Source: Synechococcus sp. (GTDB lineage Bacteria > Cyanobacteriota > Cyanobacteriia > PCC-6307 > Cyanobiaceae). Taken from it: a stretch of DNA of 64,000 bases. Location: the NCBI GenBank assembly GCA_047285805.1, contig JBJBCN010000002.1:1120001-1184000 (forward strand). Direction: 5' to 3'. Shown here one piece after another: positions 21,420 to 30,510 of this stretch. Under the pieces are notes generated by a model. It did no database searches, was not told where the DNA came from, and saw only the letters and a list, made by a program, of their open reading frames with translations. How positions within the stretch are numbered: position 1 is the stretch's first letter; every line of letters starts with the position of its first letter. The translations under genes and the position numbers were made by a program.

Positions 21420-21845
21420 CACGCTTGCAGCGAACTAAGCCATAACCACTGAGGACACGGTTCCCCGCAGACCCTTTGATCCGAGAAGGGGGAGCGGCTA
21501 CCTCCCCGACCTCAACACTCCCCGTCACTAAGCAGTAGCTCGGGGAGCTGTTTGGCGAGCAAGCAAAAAGCCGGTCACCAATCGGCTCCTTTCTCTCCCC
21601 GTGCACTGCACGGCACTCCTTGGTTTTGGCTCATCTGGATACAAAGCGCCAGTAGCGTGTCTGCAGTCGCAGTAGAGCTTCTTTACGAGCCCTCGCACTA
21701 CCCACATGGGTTTTGCCATAACCGATCTGAGGAAAGCTGATTGGCGAGTCCCAGCGATCCGACGGGGAGCCAACTCCCTCCCCGATTTCTCCCTGAGCCC
21801 GCCCAATACCCCTCCGACGCCTTCGTTTTGAAGTCGGAGGTTTTT
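21420..21845 (+). ncRNA. Candidate structured non-coding RNA with two copies of an internal motif (possibly Cyano-2-related)
   Basis: Dense hairpins, three GCGA-containing loops, duplicated GCCATAACC..CTGAGGA..GATCCGA..GGGGAGC..CTCCCCGA, 3' terminator, no convincing ORF. Confidence 0.6.
21810..21845 (+). terminator. Intrinsic terminator closing the candidate RNA
   Basis: cctccgac...gtcggagg stem followed by ttttt. Confidence 0.75.
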
Positions 21846-22205
21846 GCCTTATGGCTAGGCTTGACGGGTCGGCGTCAGCAAGTGCAAGTGGCACCTAGGC
21901 AGCTTTAACTGAAGGAGGCCTCAGTCGCCTGAGCTGCAGACGGTTTCCACCAGTCCAACACTGGTCTCGAAGCTCTTAGACCAGCACGTCGCTTATGCAG
22001 TCGCTGTAAGCGCAAACCTCTGTGGCTAGTCATCACATGGAGGTTTTTTCTTGGCTGGTCGCTGAAGGGTTGCTTACGGCTAGATGCTGGAGAGCCTCAG
22101 GCCCAGTCCTTAGTCCCACACACAACGCTCAATGGGTGACCAAAGACACGTCACCGCTGAAGGCCTGGCCGCACTATTTCACCAAGACCTTCGAATGGGT
22201 TTCAA

Positions 22206-22249
22206 GGGACAAAAAAGCGGCGGTGTGAAACCCGCCGCTTTTTTGTCCC
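22206..22249. terminator. 18-bp perfect inverted repeat, probable bidirectional terminator
   Basis: gggacaaaaaagcggcgg-tgtgaaac-ccgccgcttttttgtccc. Confidence 0.7.
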
Positions 22250-23089
22250 GATGGCCACTGCCGGGTTGCATCAGCAAACGCTGCTGCCATTCCGTCTCCA
22301 GCTGGTCACAGTGGGCGAGGACGGCTGGGTTAAAGAGGTGGTCGCGGAGGCTGAGTGTGAAATTCCTATGGAAAATCGTTGTTGGTGCACTCTGGGTGGG
22401 TATTTGTCCATTACTGAGGCCCCATAACGCATGAAGCGACTTACTTAAGCCATAGGCATTAGGGAAATGGTCGTCACTTGACTGGATAGATGGGGTTGGG
22501 GTGTCTTTCCGCTCACCCCACCTCAACGTTCCCCACCGCGAGCGGTGGTCTAGGAAGGTTGTGGCACTAACGATCTTCTTATTCCCATAGCGCAAGCCAA
22601 TGGGTGGTGCAGTGATCACACATAGACAATTCTTGTGCTTGTCAAGCCTGTATTTGGGATAGGCCTCCACAAGAGAGCTGAGTCTTCATTGATTCGACGA
22701 GTCCTAAGGCTCATCTCTATTCACGAAGCATGCATATAGAACTAATTCCATGCCCAAGACACTCTTTCATTGGAGAGGATGTTACAAGATCGACAAATCC
22801 ATTACATCAACAATACAGAAGACAAGGAGTGGCCCGCAACCCCAAGCTGTGAACTCGTAGATTGAGCCATCCGGCAAGTTCTTATTTATGCATAGGAGAG
22901 TCTTAGGCGGATTCTTTAGCACCCAACCGAAACCGCATTTTTGTATCCGAAAGCACCAAAGCCATGAAAACAACAATTAATAAGCGGCTCGGACAAGGGT
23001 TTGCTGACACAACCAACGAACGGTACCGTTTGATACTCGTTGTGTATTAGCTAATTCGCGAGAATTTTGATATGTATTCAGCTGTGTAG

Positions 23090-23506
23090 ATGCTTGCTCG
23101 CAGACCTATCGAGATCGTTCATCAGACTCCTCTACAGTCAGGTGTAGGGTTCTTTGGCGATCCACTTCCCAGTGACGAAACGCTAATTGCGGAGATTCCA
23201 CCTTGTGTGAGTCCTCAATTGTTTTGTCATCGCAATCAAACTGATCAACTGATGGTCCTGCGCGGAAGCATCGATCTAATAGTTCTGCAGAACCGGGCTT
23301 TGAAGCGGATAGCCCTTAGGGAAGATGAGGCCTTCTGGGTACGTATTCCAGCAGGTGTCCCACATGGCGCTATCAACCGAAGCCATGGCTCAGCCGTGCT
23401 GGTCAATGCAGTGTTGCGCCATGGTCCAAGCGATCTTCGTGATTATCGCCCTCGGCCTGTTCCCAACGCCCTACTGCCAGAATGGAATGATCTAATCAAC
23501 AACTAA
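23090..23506 (+). CDS. RmlC-like cupin (dTDP-4-dehydrorhamnose 3,5-epimerase-like)
   Basis: FCHRNQTDQLMVLRG and IPAGVPHGAIN cupin motifs. Confidence 0.75.
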   Translation: MLARRPIEIVHQTPLQSGVGFFGDPLPSDETLIAEIPPCVSPQLFCHRNQTDQLMVLRGSIDLIVLQNRALKRIALREDEAFWVRIPAGVPHGAINRSHGSAVLVNAVLRHGPSDLRDYRPRPVPNALLPEWNDLINN

Positions 23507-24130
23507 GTCATTATGAGAGCTCTATGCAGTTTCCAGAAAAAAGCTTTCACCAAAGTCATTGATAAAAAGATCAGATAATTGGATATGCATCTTTTGGTGC
23601 CATGATTAATTCAGATTGTGCGTATCTGGCAGCCCTAGATCCTCTAGGCGATAGTCCCGCAACCACGGCGGGAATTGAAAACAGCAGAGATTAACCACAT
23701 ATTTGATTCCGCGCAATCAATCAACAAGATCCGACCTTAAGTCTGGTTGACAATCTTCTTAATCTGGCTTCTGAACCCTGAAGCCAGTAAGAGCTGTACG
23801 AGTCTGCAAGGTGACTTGTTGGCATCGGGTCTGTTTCCCTTCAACCATTGCTTTAGTACGAAGAAGCATTTGACTTGTGGTCGCGCCCTGGGCTTCCATT
23901 GCAGCTGCGACAAGAAGCCAGTTTATTATTCGGTAGTTGATGAAGCTGTAGTTCGGTGGACTGAACCAACAACCAATGCGACCCCAGTGGACCTATCGCG
24001 CTGGAGGTTTCCGAACCATAAAGTCTCGCGAAAGGCTGAGGCAAGTGCTTTCCAGGCAATAGTTGCAATCGACACGTCAAAGGAAGAGCACCACTTGTCA
24101 TAATTGTCTCCAGCACGTGGTCCTGGGCCG

Positions 24131-24319
24131 ATGAGCGACGAGGTCGTAGCGAGTTTTCACTACAACTTGACGGCATTGAGGTTGGAGTACAAAACCACTT
24201 CTGATGCTCTTCAGAAGTGGTCAGGTGGTCCGGCAGAAGAGCAGGACTTTTTGGTCTACAAGAAACAAGAACTCTTCAGGGCCATGGTTGAGCAAAGCTA
24301 TCACTCGGATGCAGACTGA
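24131..24319 (+). CDS. Small hypothetical protein
   Basis: MSDEVVASFHYNLTALRLEY..WSGGPAEEQDFL; compact helical ORF. Confidence 0.6.
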   Translation: MSDEVVASFHYNLTALRLEYKTTSDALQKWSGGPAEEQDFLVYKKQELFRAMVEQSYHSDAD

Positions 24320-24936
24320 CACTAATTGACCACGAACGATCAGGTATTCGTCATCCATCAAGTTTTGAAGGCTTGAGCGACTCCGATACCCCAGCTGTCT
24401 TAATTCCGCTGCAATGCTTTTAATGGCCACTACTAACCCGATATCAGCGCCTAAACCAGCCAAAGGAATTTTGAGCTGACGCTAGACAAACCGAGCGCCT
24501 CTGGAGACCCACAGACGCTATTAAACGAAGGACCCTCAAGGCGCAAAACCATCTTGAAGCAACTAGAAGTGTGGGGGGGATCAATGATCTTTGCTCCACA
24601 GTTGCGAAGCCGCAAATCGCCAGGCGATGAAAGTACTTAGGGACGCGCCAAAGGCAAGAAGAGCTAACAAGAGCTGAGAGGTGGTCATAGAAGCACCCTG
24701 AATTGAATTTATTTATAAAGCCTTCATGGTGACTGGCGCCGTTGATACAAGATCAGGCGTATCAATCAATACGTCTTTTGGTGAGCCTAAATTACTTAAC
24801 TCACTTACCAATGAATGGTAGATCTGCGATTTTCATCAGAGTCCAGTTGACCTGCGGGACCACGACAAAAGAGGTGACTCAAGGTCAGAGTGTCCACCAC
24901 TCAAGACCTCGTTGTAAACTGATTCGATCCAGCCAC

Positions 24937-25173
24937 TCAAGAATCTGCTGCCTTTTGTCTCCAATGGGTTCCATGATTTCGCAAGGCTTCAGCTTCCATC
25001 TCCCTTCGAATCTGCACTACTGCTTCGCGCACGAAGGCTTTTTCGTGCTCCTGTGCGGCAATGATTTGCTTGGTTAGTGCACGTAAGGCATCAATATCTT
25101 CGCAGGCATCGATTTCTCGAAAGGCGGCCTCAAGGTGGAATTTTTGCTCCAGTGAGAGTCGGTGGTTAGCCAT
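24937..25173 (-). CDS. NblA-like small helical protein
   Basis: LSLEQKF motif near the N-terminus, 78 aa, two-helix pattern. Confidence 0.55.
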   Translation of the reverse strand: MANHRLSLEQKFHLEAAFREIDACEDIDALRALTKQIIAAQEHEKAFVREAVVQIRREMEAEALRNHGTHWRQKAADS

Positions 25174-25227
25174 GGTGGTACGAAAAGAGGCCCCACTCAT
25201 GTGAGGCCAGATAAGTCAGTTGAGTGC

Positions 25228-25395
25228 TTAGCGGACTTCCGAGATTGTTTGAGGTGCAGCCGGGAAGCTTGTTGGCATTGGGTCCGGCAGTCCTTCGGCA
25301 AGAGCCTTCGCGCGGACATACATCTGACTATTAATGGCACCCTGAGCTTCCATTGCCTCGGCGACAACAGCCCAGTTGCGGATCTCGGTAGTCAT
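25228..25395 (-). CDS. Small hypothetical protein
   Basis: MTTEIRNWAVVAEAMEAQGAINSQMYVRAKALAEG..DP; co-oriented with the NblA-like gene. Confidence 0.6.
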   Translation of the reverse strand: MTTEIRNWAVVAEAMEAQGAINSQMYVRAKALAEGLPDPMPTSFPAAPQTISEVR

Positions 25396-25852
25396 TGGAA
25401 GAAATGACGATTGAACCTGCAAACTTTCGCCACCTCAGCCGCGAGACGGTGAGGATGAAAACCGATCACCTACCGAACATCGATTCCACTTCTTTCGCTG
25501 GTAGGCATTTGCGGATCAAGTCAAACAAAAAGGCGACTGCAAGGCCACCTGATGCACTAAAAACCCAGTCCCAGTCAAGAAAGTCATGCGATCGCGTCCT
25601 GCATCGCAGCGAAGCTTTCAGGGTGTCTGACGGCGATATGGATCGACTGCAGCGCTCGGATGCCAGTCGTGGACTCAATTCGTCCATGTGATCGCCAGCC
25701 CCAGTTGTGACAAGCGTTCTTGTTGAAGCTTGGGTAAGGCGCTGTTTAGTCCCGCTATCAGGGTTTTGAACCCCCTATGAATAAGAAACTCTGAGGCTCC
25801 CGCCACAACCGGCTCAACCGGCTAGCCTGGTACAGGCGTACTAAGGCATGGG

Positions 25853-26101
25853 ATGTCAATAGGGGGGTTCATCCAGGATCCAGCTAGCAAGCAGGCCAAG
25901 CGCTTCCACCGCGATGAGAAGAGTTGGTCACAAGACCCCATGGTCTTTGTGGACACAGGCGTTCCGATTCCGGGCGAGCCTCCGCTCCTGAAGACTCGAG
26001 TGCACTTACATCGCAACGTTGCGGTGACCCTCTGGAACGATCTACTCAAGGTCGGCTGGAAGCCCGTAGAGGCGCTTTGGGGAGCCGATCAGGAGGTGTA
26101 G
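25853..26101 (+). CDS. DUF1651-family protein
   Basis: KRFHRD..VFVDTG...PPLLKTR..W..L.K.GW pattern. Confidence 0.75.
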   Translation: MSIGGFIQDPASKQAKRFHRDEKSWSQDPMVFVDTGVPIPGEPPLLKTRVHLHRNVAVTLWNDLLKVGWKPVEALWGADQEV

Positions 26102-26221
26102 CCGTCTGCTCAGCATTCAGGCGTAAACACCCCCCCCATGGGGGGCTCGTACGTCCATGCGCCTACATAATTCGGCTTCAGAAATTTGGGCCAGGAACCT
26201 CGATAAAGCCAAGCAAGACCA

Positions 26222-26257
26222 GTGCAGCGGCCTGGTAGTGCGGGTGCTTTGGGAGCA
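26222..26257 (+). repeat. Degenerate 5' half of tRNA-Pro(TGG), att-like scar
   Basis: gtgcagcggcctggtagtgcgggtgctttgggagca resembles the D arm and anticodon arm of tRNA-Pro; no T arm. Confidence 0.5.
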
Positions 26258-26418
26258 ACCGCAACTACAAGCGAGAAGCTAGTCATTCACTAGATCCAGC
26301 AAGTCTTAACCGGCTGTATTAGCGACAAACTAGCGACAACGCTCCTGCACTCACTCGATTTATCCGTGCGGACGAGCTGCAATCACGGCAACATCACTGC
26401 AACCACGTACCAGCGCTG

Positions 26419-27369
26419 ATGCTGCGGACCTTGTCGATTGGGTTAATGGCATCTGCATTCGCAGTCGCCACTCTCCCTGCACAAGCTGATGGGCATGGCA
26501 GCGCCAGTGACCTAGGCGTGATGAGCATTCAGCTCAAGGACATCGTCAAACCTCAAGTCGGCATCCATGCGCAAACCCAAGCCGCTGGCACCCCCAACCA
26601 AGCCGGTCTGGGTGGCTTCCTTCCACTGGTGGTCGGCAGCAACAGCATCTTCTTTGCTGATGTCTTGGCGAATGCCAACTTGTCGGACTGGGGTAACAGC
26701 AGCAGCATCATCAACACCACCGTTGCTGGCACCACCATCTCCACCTCATCTCGCCTGGGCTAGCGCTGGCTCAATGGCGACCGCAGTTGGATGTATGGAC
26801 TGAATGCGGGCTACGACACCCGACCAATGAGCACGGGTCCTGCAGACACAGGTATCCCTGTCTATGCCTCACGCACCGCCTTCTTCCAGCAGGCTGCCGT
26901 CAATGCAGAAGCGGTGAGCGATAAGTGGAACTTCAATGCCTATGCGCTCATTCCAACGGGTGACACTGAGCAACAGCTCAACACCGTCTATGAAGGCGGT
27001 GCACTAGACACCTTCGGTTTGGATGCCGGTTACAACCTCACCAAAGCTTTAAGAGCATCTGTTGGTTACTAATACCAAAACGGCGATGCAGGCGATGCCG
27101 ATGGCTCTGGCGTCTTGGGACGCCTCGCCTATGCCATCAACAATGGACTCACTGTTGTCACTAATCTTTCCTACGACAGTGCCTTCAAGTCACGCCTCTC
27201 CGCTGACATCAAGTGGCGCTTCAATACCAATGGCGGTCCTGGTAAAGAAACACCGAAAACCAATCCCGCCATTGAAGCCCTAATATCAACGCCAAGCAAT
27301 AGGGATGTGCGGGTGCACGATTATTGTTATCTACCCCGTCGGGGTGCGTGCCGATTGGGGATGGATTAG
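26419..27369 (+). pseudogene. Inverse-autotransporter paralog 4 (TAG 26761, TAA 27070), with a different signal peptide
   Basis: Body nearly identical to paralog 3; ends NRDVRVHD-YCYLPRRGACRLGMD*. Confidence 0.9.
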
Positions 27370-27421
27370 TATTTTTGTGCGATACATATTGTGTTTAGGG
27401 GTATTATTACCCTAGGCGCCC

Positions 27422-27612
27422 AAAGCCCCTGCAGTTGCAGGAGCTTTTTATTTCTTCAGTTACACCAATAAGCCAATAAACCAGCCTCCAAAACCTGGCA
27501 CCATCACCATCAACGCAACCTGACGACAGCCCCATCAAGGCACTGAATAGAAGTTGCCTCAGGATAAAAAGTCAGCTGTGGGTAGTCGTTACACGTTGAA
27601 GAGGAACTCCAT
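27422..27612 (+). repeat. Conserved module right end: terminator, about 140-bp spacer and exact ychF 3'-end att core (27589-27612)
   Basis: Close copy of 33112-33302; ttacacgttgaagaggaactccat is identical in both. Confidence 0.92.
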
Positions 27613-27768
27613 AGGTTCTAGTCATAGCAATAGATCTGAGCGGAAAAGCAGCAGTAGACTTTTAGTAGACTTATTTGGCACCCGAGTCGGCTTGCCTACT
27701 GTCTAGCAATACATAAGCACTACGCGGTTGACGTTCTGGATGAGGTCGAAGGTGAGCAATACAGTTGG

Positions 27769-28079
27769 ATGCGACGTTTCCTACCGCTGCGATTGGCGTG
27801 ATTGTAACGCCGCTGAGTGCAGCAGAACACCACGAGACGAAGCCGGCACAGGTCGTTGATGAAAGTGATACGAACCTTCCCGTGAGTCGTGGAAGGGTTG
27901 ACACCGGTTCTACAGAGCAGATTTACCTGATGCTCAAGGACGGTGGTTCCTTCTCAGCACCCATTCCAATGACGAACCGGTTCACTTGTGAACTAGAGGG
28001 TAAGAAGTTGGTTGAGACGCCCATCAAGGGCGTAGTCGGTCGCTGGAAGGAGTTCTGGTGTGTCGCTGGGATGAAGTGA
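27769..28079 (+). pseudogene. Second copy of the small secreted protein, apparently with a 1-bp deletion in the signal peptide
   Basis: Mature part highly similar to 11119-11433; ATG at 27769 is out of frame with the body (ctgctt versus cgatt). Confidence 0.65.
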
Positions 28080-28247
28080 AGCGACTGACCTGGGGCGAAC
28101 GTACTAAAAAAACAAAACAGCCTTCTCGGGCTACTTAATGGATTCGAGAGAAGAAATACTTCACCATCACTTTGATTAAGCAATATCGTTTAAGAACTGG
28201 AACACAGATATGGATTTCAGCATAAGGAGAAGAAGAAGACCTGGCAG

Positions 28248-29951
28248 TCACCCTTCAATGAGTGACCGGAATTCAGTATCCACAAGCTTTTGATGCACAC
28301 ATTGCGCAATTCGGCTCGTGAGAGGGTAGCCAGGATGAGAATCTACATGGACACCATTCCACATCCATCTTGGAGCTGCTTTGTCAATACCTGTAACCTC
28401 CTGTATATCAGGCAAGCATGAATGACTTGGTATTCCAGCGTGACGGAATAAGCCGTCAGCATATTCAAATACTTTGCTTTGACTCTGTAGACCATTCCAA
28501 GGAGTGAAAAACACATAAATGGGAGCTTGAGCTTCTTCAACCAAGGCTTTCACAGCTTGAACATTCAACGCATGCCGATTTGGATCCAGACTCATATCAT
28601 TATCGACAAATCCGAGGAGAATCAAATCGACGGAGTGCTTTGAGCCTTTTACCTGAAGAAAGTCAACCTGATCTCTAGTACTCCAACCGCCCTGCCCCCA
28701 ATAAAAGACTAAACAGCCAGGAACCAACTTCTGAAACTGAGCCGGCCAGCGCTCATCGCTTCCTGGGGAATTACCCCAACCCCATACAAACGAGTCACCT
28801 AGAACAGCAATTTTACACTTAGCTTGAAGATCGTAATCAGCTACTGGTCGGTCGATAAAGCCATATTCATTAACACTGCCAAGGCGTTTCCACAAGTTCA
28901 CTCGATTAATAAATTCACTCTTTATCGGCAAGTACGAAGGACTTCTTGATGCAGACTCATCAAGCAAACTGGTTGTTGAAAGCAGCAGGTCAAGAACAAC
29001 TAACGAAAAAGCTGTCATACAAGAGAAGACAAGTAGATTCACCCCCAATAGCTTGCTTGCCTTATCAAGGTTAATGGCAGTCCTGGCCTTACCTAAACCA
29101 CAGAGAAGCGGCAAGATCTCCGAAAAAAGAATCCATAACAGGAGGCAAAGAATTGCCCCTCTTAAATAAAGAGGGATATCAAAAGTCGAAAGATACACGA
29201 GAACGCCATCCGACTCTTCTACATAGAAATAAATAGGAGAAAGCCAGGGAATATACTCAGCAACAATCGTCTGAAGCTTGCCTACAAACAGAGCATCCAA
29301 ATGCCGACGAGACAAGAAGACTGAGGGGGCTTTTATCCATGGAACAAATAGGCCTCTGTGATACAAAGAAGTATCTTGCAAGAAACCACCCTTGCACCCG
29401 GCATCCAAAATACTATCAGGATGCAAAACAACAAATCCCAGAGGGGAGCGATCAGTCCATCCGGAGTAAAATGAGAGCGGTTTTTTTTTGGAATATTCAA
29501 CTGCCAAATCATCGGCCCTAGTTAAGCCATGGTCAAATAAGTCACCCAAGAAGCTTCTCTTGGGAATCAAGTAATTCCCTTTAGTTTCCAAGGGGACACC
29601 CTGAAAAGACTGGAGCTTCTGCTCGAGCCAATAAAAAGCTGGAGAGTGCCAAAGCACTTCTGAGCGTGGCTTACGAAAAGCCTGAGTTACATCAAGATTT
29701 CCAGAAGCAAGTGGTCCAGAATGAAAGTAAGTGTCTAGGTTTTTCTTTGGCTTATAACCTTCGTAGGGCGGCACAGAATAAAATCTTGTGGGCCTGACTT
29801 CAAATCGGAAGTAATCACTACTATCGATGCATTCCGAATTCCCCGATCCCATCAAGAACTTTGACGGCAGGCCTGGAGCAAATACAGCTGCTCCGAGTAG
29901 CGGCAAAAAAAGCCATTTAGCACCAAGCGGACATAAAGATCGAAGCTTCAC
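28248..29951 (-). CDS. Membrane-anchored SGNH/GDSL hydrolase-family protein
   Basis: AVLGDSF (block I), GQGGWST (II), GFVDND (III), DSHP (V); two internal TM segments. Confidence 0.8.
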   Translation of the reverse strand: MKLRSLCPLGAKWLFLPLLGAAVFAPGLPSKFLMGSGNSECIDSSDYFRFEVRPTRFYSVPPYEGYKPKKNLDTYFHSGPLASGNLDVTQAFRKPRSEVLWHSPAFYWLEQKLQSFQGVPLETKGNYLIPKRSFLGDLFDHGLTRADDLAVEYSKKKPLSFYSGWTDRSPLGFVVLHPDSILDAGCKGGFLQDTSLYHRGLFVPWIKAPSVFLSRRHLDALFVGKLQTIVAEYIPWLSPIYFYVEESDGVLVYLSTFDIPLYLRGAILCLLLWILFSEILPLLCGLGKARTAINLDKASKLLGVNLLVFSCMTAFSLVVLDLLLSTTSLLDESASRSPSYLPIKSEFINRVNLWKRLGSVNEYGFIDRPVADYDLQAKCKIAVLGDSFVWGWGNSPGSDERWPAQFQKLVPGCLVFYWGQGGWSTRDQVDFLQVKGSKHSVDLILLGFVDNDMSLDPNRHALNVQAVKALVEEAQAPIYVFFTPWNGLQSQSKVFEYADGLFRHAGIPSHSCLPDIQEVTGIDKAAPRWMWNGVHVDSHPGYPLTSRIAQCVHQKLVDTEFRSLIEG

Positions 29952-30169
29952 GGCCTAAGCGCTCTTCTGCGTAGTGTATTATACACACAAGGAGAGTTGA
30001 AGGTGAAGTATCCTCTGGCATGCGACCATAAAAACTTCCTGTAAGTATCTATATTTACTTATACAGAAAGAAGCCTATATGAATGCATCCAGCTCGCGAA
30101 AGCCCCACCAGTCATAGCGAAAACAATGTCTTCGACTAGAACAGAAAACCCCATGGCATGACTGGATGC

Positions 30170-30193
30170 TTATACGTTGAAGAGAAACTCCAT
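30170..30193. repeat. att-like copy of the ychF 3' end
   Basis: ttatacgttgaagagaaactccat, two mismatches to 33279-33302; still encodes MEFLFNV*. Confidence 0.88.
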
Positions 30194-30510
30194 AGGGTCG
30201 AGTAATAGCAAAGGATCTCAGCCGAAAAGCGGCAGTAGACTTTTCAAGCCGTCAAGCCAGTAGACAAAGCATCTTGTCTACCCTGATTCAGCTCACACTC
30301 ACCACTGTCTAGACTTCCGCAGGGCTGCACTAATCCAGAGCACAGGGGACGCCGACAATCTTCCAGTTCATTGGAATCGGTGACGCAGCAGGAATCGTCT
30401 AGGGAGTCTCGTCTGCCTTCATCGTGCCGACGACCAGCCAACTGCTCTAAGCCCAGTGGCAATGGCGGATTTCCTGGCGAAACTCCCAACAGAAGTTGAG
30501 CGCGAGCGCT

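Noticed and set aside
21449..21760. Hammerhead ribozyme (CTGAGGA fits CUGANGA)
   Set aside because: The required GAAA after stem II is absent in both copies.
23019..23030. 12-bp palindrome aacggtaccgtt upstream of the cupin gene
   Set aside because: It occurs once and matches no regulator motif I can name; it may be chance.
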